A stretch of 48,989 nt of DNA from Burkholderiales bacterium. Its GTDB lineage: Bacteria > Pseudomonadota > Gammaproteobacteria > Burkholderiales > SG8-39. A program made the position numbers and the translations under genes. Shown piece after piece: positions 41,346-48,989 of this stretch. Positions within the stretch are counted from its first letter, which is position 1; each line of letters begins with the position of its first letter. The notes beneath the pieces are model-generated. The model made no database searches and was not told where the DNA came from. It saw only the letters and a program-made list of their open reading frames with translations. The stretch is taken from assembly GCA_035607175.1 (NCBI GenBank), contig DATNCP010000195.1:1-48989 (forward strand). Reading direction: 5' to 3'.

Positions 41346-42797
41346 ATGGACGCGATCACGAGCGACGTCCCCGCCCGGCTGGATCGCCTGCCCTGGTCCC
41401 GCTGGCACTGGAAGGTGGTGATCGCGCTCGGCGTCAGCTGGCTGCTCGACGGGCTGGAGGTAACGGTCGTCGGCGCGCTCGGACCGACGCTCGGACGCGA
41501 CGACACCCTCGGCCTGTCGGCGGCGCACATCGGCTGGGCCGCTTCCGCCTATATCGCCGGCGCGGTGCTCGGCGCGCTCGTCTTCGGGCGCCTCGCCGAC
41601 CACCTCGGGCGCAAACGCATGTTCCTCGCCACGCTCGCGGTGTACCTCTTTGCCACCGTCCTCACCGCGTTCTCGTTCAGCTTCGCCTCGTTCGCCTTCT
41701 GCCGCTTCCTGACCGGCTTCGGCATCGGCGGCGAGTACGCGGCGATCAACTCGGCGATCGACGAGCTGATCCCGGCACGCGTGCGCGGCGCGGTGGACCT
41801 CGGCATCAACGGCACCTTCTGGATCGGTGCTGCGCTGGGAGCCGCAATGAGCATCTTCCTTCTGGATCCTTCCCTGATAAACCCCGAGTACGGCTGGCGC
41901 CTCGCCTTCGGGCTGGGCGCGATCCTCGGCTTCGCCATCCTGCTTGTCCGCCGCCACGTGCCGGAAAGCCCGCGCTGGTTGATCCGGCAAGGGCGCCACG
42001 AGGAGGCGCGGCGGATCGTCGAGCAGATCGAGAAGGAGATCGGCATGACTGAAAAAGTAAGCGTTGGCCTTTCCATGCGAACCATCCCCGCCTTGCCATG
42101 GAGAGACATCATCCACCACCTGCTTCATCGCTTTCGCAGGAGAACCATCCTCGGCTTGTCGCTGATGGCCTCCCAGGCCCTCTTCTACAACGCGATCTTC
42201 TTCACCTACGCGCTGGTGCTGACGACGTTCTACGGCGTGCCGAACGAGCGCGTCGGCTACTACATCTTCCCCTTCGCGCTCGGCAACTTTCTCGGCCCGC
42301 TCGTCCTTGGCGGGCTTTTCGATTCGATCGGCAGGCGCAGGATGATTGCCGCCTGCTACGGCGCCGCCGGCGTCGCGCTGCTCGCTACGGGCTACCTGTT
42401 TTCAAGAGATGCCATAACGGCAACGCAGCTATCGCTGCTCTGGAGCGCGACCTTCTTCGTCGCTTCCGCCGCGGCGAGCGCCGCGTACCTCACGGTGAGC
42501 GAGATTTTCCCGGTGGAGATGCGCGCGGTGGCGATCTCGCTTTTCTACGCGGCCGGGACCGCGCTCGGCGGGCTCGCCGGGCCGCCGCTCTACGGCGCGA
42601 TCATCGAAAGCGGCAGCCGCGGGGCGCTGTTCGGCGCCTATGCGCTCGCCGCGGTGCTCATGTGCGGCGCCGCGCTGGTCGCGCTGTGGCTCGGCGTGGA
42701 CGCCGAGCGGAAGCCGCTCGAGGAGGTTTGCGCACCGCTCGGCGCGGACCCGGTTTCTCCTGCTGCCACGAATCCAGCTCCCGCCTCGCGCCGTTAG
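41346..42797 (+). CDS. MFS transporter (metabolite:H+ symporter/sugar-porter-like)
   Basis: 12-TM pattern. LDRLPWSRWHW.. at the N-terminus and motif A GRLADHLGRKRM. Confidence 0.85.
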   Translation: MDAITSDVPARLDRLPWSRWHWKVVIALGVSWLLDGLEVTVVGALGPTLGRDDTLGLSAAHIGWAASAYIAGAVLGALVFGRLADHLGRKRMFLATLAVYLFATVLTAFSFSFASFAFCRFLTGFGIGGEYAAINSAIDELIPARVRGAVDLGINGTFWIGAALGAAMSIFLLDPSLINPEYGWRLAFGLGAILGFAILLVRRHVPESPRWLIRQGRHEEARRIVEQIEKEIGMTEKVSVGLSMRTIPALPWRDIIHHLLHRFRRRTILGLSLMASQALFYNAIFFTYALVLTTFYGVPNERVGYYIFPFALGNFLGPLVLGGLFDSIGRRRMIAACYGAAGVALLATGYLFSRDAITATQLSLLWSATFFVASAAASAAYLTVSEIFPVEMRAVAISLFYAAGTALGGLAGPPLYGAIIESGSRGALFGAYALAAVLMCGAALVALWLGVDAERKPLEEVCAPLGADPVSPAATNPAPASRR

Positions 42798-43227
42798 CCG
42801 CCGGGTCCATGGCGCGCTCGTGGTCGCCGTGCTTCGCGGTCAGCTCGATGACGTAGCCGTTCGGGTCGCGGAAGTAGATCGAGTGGATGAAGCCGTGGTC
42901 GGCGACGCCGCGCACCTCGACGCCCGCCGCCTTGCCCTTGTCCAGCATCCGTTGCAGATTTTCCTTCTCGACCTCCAGGGCGATATGCAGGTCGTAGTCG
43001 TGCTGCGGCTTGAACTCGAACGGGCGGTCGGGAGCCTCGAAGAAGGCGAGGCACGAGCCGTCGTCCATGCGATAGAAGCTGTGCAGCACGGCGGTGCGCC
43101 GGCCGCTCTTCGTCTCGCGGATGACGAAGGCGTTGGCGAGCGGCAGGCCGAGGAAGTCCTCGTAGAAGCGGCGCGTTTCCTCGGAATCCCGACAACGGTA
43201 CGCGTTGTGGTGAAGCCCCTTGATCAC
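42658..43227 (-). CDS. VOC-family (glyoxalase/bleomycin-resistance/dioxygenase) protein
   Basis: VIKGLHHNAYRCRDSEETRRFYEDFLGL.. is typical of the VOC family. GTG start in a GTGA overlap with the GST stop. The Arg/Pro-rich 3' tail overlaps the MFS gene by 140 nt. Confidence 0.7.
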   Translation of the reverse strand: MIKGLHHNAYRCRDSEETRRFYEDFLGLPLANAFVIRETKSGRRTAVLHSFYRMDDGSCLAFFEAPDRPFEFKPQHDYDLHIALEVEKENLQRMLDKGKAAGVEVRGVADHGFIHSIYFRDPNGYVIELTAKHGDHERAMDPAANGARRELDSWQQEKPGPRRAVRKPPRAASARRPRRATARPARRRT

Positions 43228-43907
43228 TGCAAGGTCTCGAACTTCTGATCCTTCACCATGCCCTGGAAGCCGTAGAACACCTCGTTCACGCTCGGCCAGC
43301 TCTTCAGCTTCTTCATGTTGCCGAGCCAGCGCTTCACGTTCGGGTAGCTCGCGAAGTCCATGCGGATGATCTCGCCGAGCGAGACGAAGCCGGCGCCGAG
43401 GTAGTCGGCGATGGTGATCTGGTTGCCGCACAGGTACTGGTTCTTCGGCCCGATCCAGTGCTGGTCGAGCAGCTTCATCCAGTTCTGCGCGCGCTCCTTC
43501 GACCACTCGAGGCAGGCCTTCTGCGCCGCGTCGGTCGGGCGCTTGTTGTTGGGGAAGATCTGCGGGTAGATGAAGCCGTAGCCGTATTCACGGTAGAACT
43601 GGGTGTTCAGCCAGTCCATCATCTCGTTGACCTTGGCGCGCTGCTTCAGGTCCTTGGGATAGGCCGGCGAGTTGGTCTTGTCGGCGAGGTACTTGAGGAT
43701 CGCCGAGCTCTCGGTCAGGCGGAAATCGCCGTCCTCGAGCACCGGCACCATCCGGTTGGGGTTGACCGCGACGAACGGGTCCTTGTAGTGCTCGCCGGTC
43801 ATGAGATCGACCACCTGCTCGTCGACCTTGATGCCGCTCTCGGCGATGAACAGGCGCACCGGCCGGCTGGTCATCGATACGGGGTGCATATAAAGCTTCA
43901 TGGGCAA
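43224..43907 (-). CDS. glutathione S-transferase-family protein
   Basis: 227 aa. Thioredoxin-like N-domain (..VNPNRMVPVLEDGDFRLTESSAILKYL..) plus a helical C-domain. Confidence 0.85.
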   Translation of the reverse strand: MPMKLYMHPVSMTSRPVRLFIAESGIKVDEQVVDLMTGEHYKDPFVAVNPNRMVPVLEDGDFRLTESSAILKYLADKTNSPAYPKDLKQRAKVNEMMDWLNTQFYREYGYGFIYPQIFPNNKRPTDAAQKACLEWSKERAQNWMKLLDQHWIGPKNQYLCGNQITIADYLGAGFVSLGEIIRMDFASYPNVKRWLGNMKKLKSWPSVNEVFYGFQGMVKDQKFETLQ

Positions 43908-43952
43908 CTCCCTGATATTCTCGCGGCCAACACTATAAGGGAGGATGCTTCA

Positions 43953-44420
43953 GTGAGAACAATGATCATCGCCGTCGCCCTGTTCGCCGGCGCGGCCCAG
44001 GCCCAGGAAAAGGCGGCCAAGGCGAGCCCCGACGTGAACCGCGGCCGCTACCTCGTCGCCACCTCGGGATGCAACGACTGCCACACGCCGGGCTACCCCG
44101 CATCGGGCGGGAAGGTCGACGAGAAGCTGTGGATGACGGGCGACAGGCTCGGCTGGCGCGGGCCGTGGGGAACGACCTACCCGGCCAACCTCCGCCTGAC
44201 GGCGTCGCGCATGACCGAAACGCAGTTCATCACGCTCGCCCGCAGCCCCCAGCTGCGCCCGCCGATGCCCTGGTTCGTGCTGCGCGACATGAACGACCGG
44301 GACGTGCGCGCGATCTACCGCTACCTCAAGCACGCCGGGCCCGCCGGAGAGCCCGCTCCCGCGTACGTCCCGCCCGACAGGACGCCGAATCCGCCCTTCG
44401 TGCAATTCCCGATGAAGTGA
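43953..44420 (+). CDS. monoheme c-type cytochrome
   Basis: Signal peptide and heme site CNDCH. GTG 43953 lies 8 nt after AAGGGAGG (alternative ATG at 43962). Confidence 0.75.
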   Translation: MRTMIIAVALFAGAAQAQEKAAKASPDVNRGRYLVATSGCNDCHTPGYPASGGKVDEKLWMTGDRLGWRGPWGTTYPANLRLTASRMTETQFITLARSPQLRPPMPWFVLRDMNDRDVRAIYRYLKHAGPAGEPAPAYVPPDRTPNPPFVQFPMK

Positions 44421-44421
44421 C

Positions 44422-44503
44422 GAATTCGGGGTCAGGGTAACAATTCCCTGCGATCCCGGCATCACGCCGTACTGCGCGGAATTGTTACCCTGACCCCGAA
44501 TTC
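44422..44503. repeat. 82-nt palindromic element: perfect 26-bp inverted repeat (GAATTCGGGGTCAGGGTAACAATTCC) around a 30-nt loop
   Basis: The left arm (44422-44447) is the exact reverse complement of the right arm (44478-44503). It fills the whole gap between the convergent cytochrome c and kinase genes. Lower GC than the flanks. Confidence 0.9.
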
Positions 44504-47368
44504 TTAGCGGACCAGGGCACGCTCGCGCAGCGCGGCGCGAATCACGCCGATCAGCTTGTCGGCGTCGACCGGCTTGTCGACGCGCTCGCGGAAGCCCGCG
44601 GCAACCAGCCGTTCGCGCTCGATCTGAGTGAAGGCCGTGAGCGCGACCGCCGGCACCGGCGATTCGAGCCCGCTCGCCATCTCCAGCGCGCGCACGCGGC
44701 GCAACGTCTGGAAGCCATCCTCCTCCGGCATCGCCAGATCGATCAGGAACACCTGCGGCGGGTTCGCCGGCAGCGCCTTCTCCAGCGCCGCGACCAGCTC
44801 GCGGCAGGAGGAGAAGCCGCGCACCCCGGCGCCCGCCTGCTCGAGCGTCAGCGCCACGACCTCGTGCACGTCGGCGTCGTCGTCGACCATCCACACCTGG
44901 GCGCCGCTGAGCGCGCCGGCGTCGCTGCGGCGATGCTCCTCGGGAACGATTTCCCGGGCGGCCGGCGCGCCGCTGGCGAGCGCCGGCAGCTCGACCGTGA
45001 AAATCGCGCCGCGGCCGACCCCGGCGCTGTCGGCGCGCACCTGCCCGCCGTGCAGCAGCGCGATGTGCCTGACCAGCGCCAGGCCGATGCCGAGGCCGCC
45101 GGCGCGCCGCGCCGCCGAAGTGTCGGCCTGGCTGAAGCGATCGAAGACGTGGGGCAGGAACTCGGGCGCAATGCCGATGCCATTGTCCCGGACCTGCAGC
45201 TGCACCCGCTCGCCGTTCTTCAGCAGCAGCACCGCGATCGAGCCGCGCTCGGGCGTGAACTTCACCGCGTTCGAGAGCAGGTTCGAAGCGAGCTGCTGCA
45301 GGCGGCCGGCGTCGCCGACGACGCTGATCGTCGTGTCGTCGGGAGTGAAGCGCAGGTCGACGTGCTTCGCCGCCGCGCCCGGCCGTACCGCGTCCAGGGC
45401 GGCGAGCACGATCTCCACCAGGTTGACGGCGCGCCGCTCGATGGTGAGCTTGCCGCTGACGATGCGCGAGGTGTCGAGCAGGTCGTCGATCAGCCGCGTC
45501 TGGTGATCGACGTTGCGCTTGATCGCCTTCGCGGCGCGCTCGACCAGCGAACGTTCCGGCGGCTGGCCGGTGAGCATCAGGTGGCTCCAGCCCCGCAGCG
45601 CGTTGAGCGGCGAGCGCAGCTCGTGGGAAACGATGGCGAGGAACTCGTCCTTGGCGCGGTTGGCGCGTTCTGCTTCGGCGCGCAGCCGCTGCTCGGCGAT
45701 CACGAGCTGCTCCAGCTTGCCCTGCGCCTGCTTGCGCTCGCTGATATCGGTCGCGATGCCGATCAGGCCGATGACCCGGCCCTGCTCGTCGCGCAGCGGC
45801 GACTTGGAGGTGAGGAAGGTGCGCTCGCCCAGCGTCTCTTCGAGGAACATGGTCTCGCCCGACTCGAGCACCAGCCGCTCGTTGTCGTCGAGCGTGGGGG
45901 CCTCCTCGGCGAGGCTGACCGCCTTTTTCCACGCCGGGTTCGCCATCAGCGTCCGCCCCAGCCGGTCCTTGGCGAAGATCAGGTCCGGCGTGCTGGTGGT
46001 AATGGCATTGAGCAGCGCGTTCCGCTCGCGCAGCGCGGCGCTCGCCCGCTCGAGCGCCGCGGTCCTGCGCACCACGCGCTGGTCGAGCTCGGTGTAAGCC
46101 TCGCGCATCGCGCGCTCCGCCCGGCGCTGCGCCGACGCCTCGCGCAGCACCAGCACCGCCCCGGCGATGACGTCGTTGTCGATGATCGGCGCGGCGTTGA
46201 TCTGCACCGGGTGGACGCGCCCGTCGCGCGCGCGCAGCGCCGGCTCGCCGGCCGCCGCGGAAGCGGCGCGCAACTGCAGCGCGGCGCGCAGCGGCGAGGC
46301 GATCAGCGCGCCGTCGCGCTCGTCGATGATCTGCAGCAGCTCGTCGATCGAGCGGCCCGCCGCCTCGGCCGCCCGCCATCCCGTGAGCCGCTGCGCCGCC
46401 GGATTGAGGAAGCGCACCTGGCCCGACGCGTCGGTGGCGATCACGCCGTCGCCGATCGCCGCCAGGGTTACCTGCAGCCACTCGCGCTGCTCGGTCGCCT
46501 CGCCTTCGGCCATCTCGCGCTGCGCCGCGATGTGGTCGAGCGTGCGCGCCACCCAGAGGATCAGCGCGCCGAGCGAGGCGATCATCATCAGGGTGAAAAG
46601 CGCCATGCCGAACGCCTCGCCGAACAGGCCGGCGCGCTCCGCGGCGAGGCGCGTCCAGCCGACTATCAGCGGCACGACCAGCGCCGCCGGCAGCAGCCAG
46701 CGCATCACCACCGCGCCGGTGCGGCGGCTGGTGAGCGTGTCGATCAGCCAGTCGCTGGGACGGCCGGCCCCCAGGGCAAAGGCGGCGAGCAGCGTCGCTA
46801 CCGCCGCGGGCGCGGAGAACCCGAGCAGCGGCGCGGCGATGTCGAAGCGCAGCAGGCGCAGCGAAAGGCCGAGCAGGACGAAGAAGCCGAGCGCGCCGAT
46901 GGCGCTCGCCGCCACCGCGTTCGCCGACAGGCCGAAGACCCGCAGCCCGCGCCGCAGCGGTGTCGCCAGCGCGAGCGCGAGCAGGGTGATGCAGGCGGTC
47001 GGCGACATGAGCGCCGGCATCTCGCCGCCCCCCGCGCCGAGCAGCCACTCGAAGTTCATGCCGAGGCGCATGTCGCCGAGGTCCTCCGCCAGCGCGAGCA
47101 GCGCCAGCGTCGCGACCACACCGGACGCGGTCCAGGCGGTGCCGCGCGCGCGGGCGCCGCCGCGCTCGGCCGCGAGGTAGCTGCACGCGAGCAGCAGGAA
47201 GGCGAGCGCGGCCGCCGGCGCCATCGGCGCGAAGTCGGCGCCGAAATCGCGCAGGCGCGGCAGGCCCGCTGCCCATCCCCAGATCGCGAGCGCGCCGAGC
47301 GCCGCGACCACCCCGAACGATGCCAGCGCGGCGCGTTGCAGCCCGCGGACGAGACGCTCGGGAGTCAC
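44504..47368 (-). CDS. hybrid sensor histidine kinase/response regulator with polytopic N-terminal membrane domain and tandem PAS domains
   Basis: H-box SHELRSPLNAL, HATPase N/G boxes (LLSNAVKFT, GGLGIGLALV) and a C-terminal REC domain (VWMVDDD..FLIDLAMPEEDG). GTG 47368 is preferred because it forms a GTGA overlap with the upstream stop (track ATG 47443 is the alternative). Confidence 0.85.
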   Translation of the reverse strand: MTPERLVRGLQRAALASFGVVAALGALAIWGWAAGLPRLRDFGADFAPMAPAAALAFLLLACSYLAAERGGARARGTAWTASGVVATLALLALAEDLGDMRLGMNFEWLLGAGGGEMPALMSPTACITLLALALATPLRRGLRVFGLSANAVAASAIGALGFFVLLGLSLRLLRFDIAAPLLGFSAPAAVATLLAAFALGAGRPSDWLIDTLTSRRTGAVVMRWLLPAALVVPLIVGWTRLAAERAGLFGEAFGMALFTLMMIASLGALILWVARTLDHIAAQREMAEGEATEQREWLQVTLAAIGDGVIATDASGQVRFLNPAAQRLTGWRAAEAAGRSIDELLQIIDERDGALIASPLRAALQLRAASAAAGEPALRARDGRVHPVQINAAPIIDNDVIAGAVLVLREASAQRRAERAMREAYTELDQRVVRRTAALERASAALRERNALLNAITTSTPDLIFAKDRLGRTLMANPAWKKAVSLAEEAPTLDDNERLVLESGETMFLEETLGERTFLTSKSPLRDEQGRVIGLIGIATDISERKQAQGKLEQLVIAEQRLRAEAERANRAKDEFLAIVSHELRSPLNALRGWSHLMLTGQPPERSLVERAAKAIKRNVDHQTRLIDDLLDTSRIVSGKLTIERRAVNLVEIVLAALDAVRPGAAAKHVDLRFTPDDTTISVVGDAGRLQQLASNLLSNAVKFTPERGSIAVLLLKNGERVQLQVRDNGIGIAPEFLPHVFDRFSQADTSAARRAGGLGIGLALVRHIALLHGGQVRADSAGVGRGAIFTVELPALASGAPAAREIVPEEHRRSDAGALSGAQVWMVDDDADVHEVVALTLEQAGAGVRGFSSCRELVAALEKALPANPPQVFLIDLAMPEEDGFQTLRRVRALEMASGLESPVPAVALTAFTQIERERLVAAGFRERVDKPVDADKLIGVIRAALRERALVR

Positions 47369-47730
47369 TGCTTGTTCGAGAACTTCTCGATCATGGCCCG
47401 CGCGAAATTGGCGGGCGAACCGTATTGCGCGCGCACGAGCCACATCGCGCCGCTCATCAGCAGGCCGACGATGCCGCTCGCGCCGGCTTTCGCCGCCCGG
47501 TCGTGTCCGTTCGCGCCGTTGCGCCGCCGGCGGCCGAGGCTGCCGGCGGCAAAGCCCACCGCCACGCCGGCCGCCAGCATCCCGGGCGAGGCAAGACCGT
47601 GCATCGCCCGCCGCCCGGTCGCCCTGCTCACGTACGTGAGCTGCCCCTTGCGGCTGGCGATGCGGCTCTCGAGGCGGCGGATCTCGTCGTCGAGGCTCAG
47701 GTGCATTTGCCGGATCGCCAGCAGGTTCAG
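47365..47730 (-). CDS. YqjK-like small membrane protein
   Basis: ..LLAIRQMHLSLDDEIRRLESRI.. is followed by one TM helix (MLAAGVAVGFAAGSL) and a second hydrophobic segment. It follows DUF883 and YqjE-like genes as in the yqjDEK operon. The start is ambiguous (ATG 47706, CTG 47730, GTG 47808). Confidence 0.5.
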   Translation of the reverse strand: MNLLAIRQMHLSLDDEIRRLESRIASRKGQLTYVSRATGRRAMHGLASPGMLAAGVAVGFAAGSLGRRRRNGANGHDRAAKAGASGIVGLLMSGAMWLVRAQYGSPANFARAMIEKFSNKQ

Positions 47731-48008
47731 GGCTGGCTCGGCGCTTCGCCGCGCAGCGAGCGCACCAGGGCGTTGAAGGGCATCTCGCTCACGAGGTTGC
47801 GCATCCACCAGGCGAGCGCGCCCGCGCCGACCAGGTTGAGCCCCGCGGCAATGCCGAGCGCCAGCGGCCACGGCGTGCCCTGGCCGAGCAGCAGCACGAT
47901 GCCGCCCGCGACCAGCGCAAGCCAGGCGGTGACCACCAGCACGGCGGCGACCAGCACGGTGCCGAGCAGCCAGGCGAGACGCAGCGCCGCGCGCCGTGCG
48001 TCGAGCAC
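47727..48008 (-). CDS. YqjE-like (phage-holin-family/DUF1469-type) inner-membrane protein
   Basis: Two TM helices (WLLGTVLVAAVLVVTAWLALV, WPLALGIAAGLNLVGAGALAWW). The frame stays open and protein-like up to 48110 (..GFAELLGRLLGEAKALASDYALLA..), so the true N-terminus is probably upstream of the GTG at 48008. Confidence 0.6.
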   Translation of the reverse strand: MLDARRAALRLAWLLGTVLVAAVLVVTAWLALVAGGIVLLLGQGTPWPLALGIAAGLNLVGAGALAWWMRNLVSEMPFNALVRSLRGEAPSQP

Positions 48009-48106
48009 CGCGAGCAGCGCATAGTCCGAGGCAAGCGCCTTCGCTTCGCCAAGCAGGCGTCCGAGCAGCTCGGCGAAGCCCGGCGGGCGCGCCGCCGGAG
48101 CGGAAC

Positions 48107-48358
48107 TCAGTCCCTGCTCCGCATGATCATGCTGAACAGGTAGCCGGCGGCGACGGCGATGCCGAGCGCGGCCACCGGATGGTCGCGCACGTAGTCGCGC
48201 CCGGCCTCGAGCCAGTCGTCCTTCATCTCCATCAGCTCGTCGGCCTTCTCGCCGAAACGGTCGGCGATTGCGCCGGCGCGGTTGGCCGCCTCGTCGACGA
48301 CGCGGTGCGCGCCGTCGCTCAGGCGGTCGATGCTCTGCTTCTGGGTGTTGGTGCTCAT
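48107..48358 (-). CDS. DUF883 (ElaB/YqjD/YgaM-family) membrane-anchored stress protein
   Basis: 83 aa with a helical N-terminal part and a C-terminal anchor HPVAALGIAVAAGYLFSMIM. GGAG Shine-Dalgarno upstream. Confidence 0.8.
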   Translation of the reverse strand: MSTNTQKQSIDRLSDGAHRVVDEAANRAGAIADRFGEKADELMEMKDDWLEAGRDYVRDHPVAALGIAVAAGYLFSMIMRSRD

Positions 48359-48399
48359 GGTGTCTCCGTGGAAATCGATGGTCGGCAGAAAAGCAATTC

Positions 48400-48989
48400 C
48401 TAGGCCGCGTCGCGCGTTTCGAAGTCGGCGTTGGCCGCGCGCCGCTCGCCGCCCTCGCTCTTGTAGACGGCGAGGCGGTTGTAGAGGGTCTTCAGGCTGA
48501 TGCCGAGCATGTCGGCGGCCTTGCGCTTCGAGCCGCATTCCGCGAGCGTCGCCTCGATCAGGCGGCGGCTGACTTCGTCGAGCGAGCTGCCGACCCGCAC
48601 GGTCAGGAGCGGCGCGGACTCGGGAGCGGCGACGCTCGCCGGCGCCAGGCTCTCGTCGATGATCTCGTCGGCGAGGATGTAGGCGCGCTGGGCGTAGTTC
48701 TTCAGCTCGCGCACGTTGCCCGGCCAGCTGTGGGCGTAGAGCGCGGCGATGGTGCCCGGGGCGAACGACTTGCCGGTGCCTTCGCGCTTGTTGAGCAGGT
48801 CGAGGAAATGCTGCGCCAGCAGCTCGATGTCGGTGCCGCGCTCGCGCAGCGGCGGCATGGCGATCGGGAACACGTTGATGCGGTGGAACAGGTCCTCGCG
48901 CAGCTTGCCGTCGGCGATCGCCTGCTCGGGGTTGCGGTTGGTGGCGGCGATCAGCCGCACGTCGGCGCTGATCGGCGTGGTGGTGCCGA
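48400..48989 (-). CDS. sigma-54-dependent transcriptional activator (3' part; 5' end beyond window)
   Basis: AAA+ C-terminal motifs (RLIAATNRN, REDLFHRINVFPIAMPPLRER, WPGNVRELKN) and a Fis-type HTH (KRKAADMLGISLKTLYNRL). The frame is open to the window edge. Confidence 0.85.
   Translation of the reverse strand, partial: GTTTPISADVRLIAATNRNPEQAIADGKLREDLFHRINVFPIAMPPLRERGTDIELLAQHFLDLLNKREGTGKSFAPGTIAALYAHSWPGNVRELKNYAQRAYILADEIIDESLAPASVAAPESAPLLTVRVGSSLDEVSRRLIEATLAECGSKRKAADMLGISLKTLYNRLAVYKSEGGERRAANADFETRDAA

Noticed and set aside
43950-47776. ORFs 43950-47276 (minus strand, 1108 aa) and 44864-47776 (plus strand, 970 aa) across the kinase locus.
   Set aside because: These are Arg/Gly/Ala-rich shadow frames. 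The frame 44504-47368 carries the PAS, H-box, HATPase and REC motifs and is the real gene.

Overview
High-GC (roughly 70% by eye), tightly packed chromosomal segment. Two Bug/TctC-family solute receptors suggest Burkholderiales. I call about 55 protein genes and see no rRNA, tRNA, CRISPR array, transposase or integrase. All product names come from reading the translated ORFs for motifs; no database search was run.

Layout:
- (a) 1-3669: vWA/CoxE-like gene end, a Bug receptor, an FMN alpha-hydroxy-acid dehydrogenase and an acyl-CoA dehydrogenase.
- (b) 3770-19790: a GntR-linked acyl-CoA catabolic island. It holds PrpD-like, family III CoA-transferase, acyl-CoA synthetase, DUF1330, OYE and a split Liv-type ABC importer. 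It then continues with ACAD, a Cys-less thiolase-like protein plus DUF35, a triple RidA fusion, a two-subunit hotdog hydratase and a cupin. A palindromic motif TTGTnnGGACAA sits in exactly three intergenic control regions of this island.
- (c) 19777-22406: a class III nucleotidyl cyclase with a His-rich membrane domain and a 2Fe-2S domain, translationally coupled to a second Bug receptor.
- (d) 22579-29789: the most interesting locus. It is a nine-gene operon built around DarA/DarB-type (dialkylresorcinol) enzymes, extended by a BtrH-like acyltransferase, an ABC-2 exporter, a private ACP and an atypical ketosynthase pair.
- (e) 29803-44420: mixed accessory genes. These include a gentisate-dioxygenase-like bicupin, an FAD disulfide reductase, and a Crp-like regulator divergent from a 681-aa protein with 12 'GG(D/N)DxY' repeats (predicted solenoid). 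Others are a UbiD decarboxylase, a DUF805 protein with a pilin-like helix, LLM monooxygenase/hydrolase, MFS, VOC, GST and cytochrome c.
- (f) 44422-48989: a perfect 26-bp inverted repeat, a PAS hybrid histidine kinase, a yqjD/E/K-like membrane stress operon and the 3' part of a sigma-54 activator.

Genome-style oddities: four of ten convergent gene pairs share a palindromic CTAG double stop. Co-directional genes are almost all joined by ATGA/GTGA/TTGA (possibly CTGA) overlaps. The many long Arg/Ala/Pro-rich antisense ORFs in the track are GC-driven shadow frames and are rejected.
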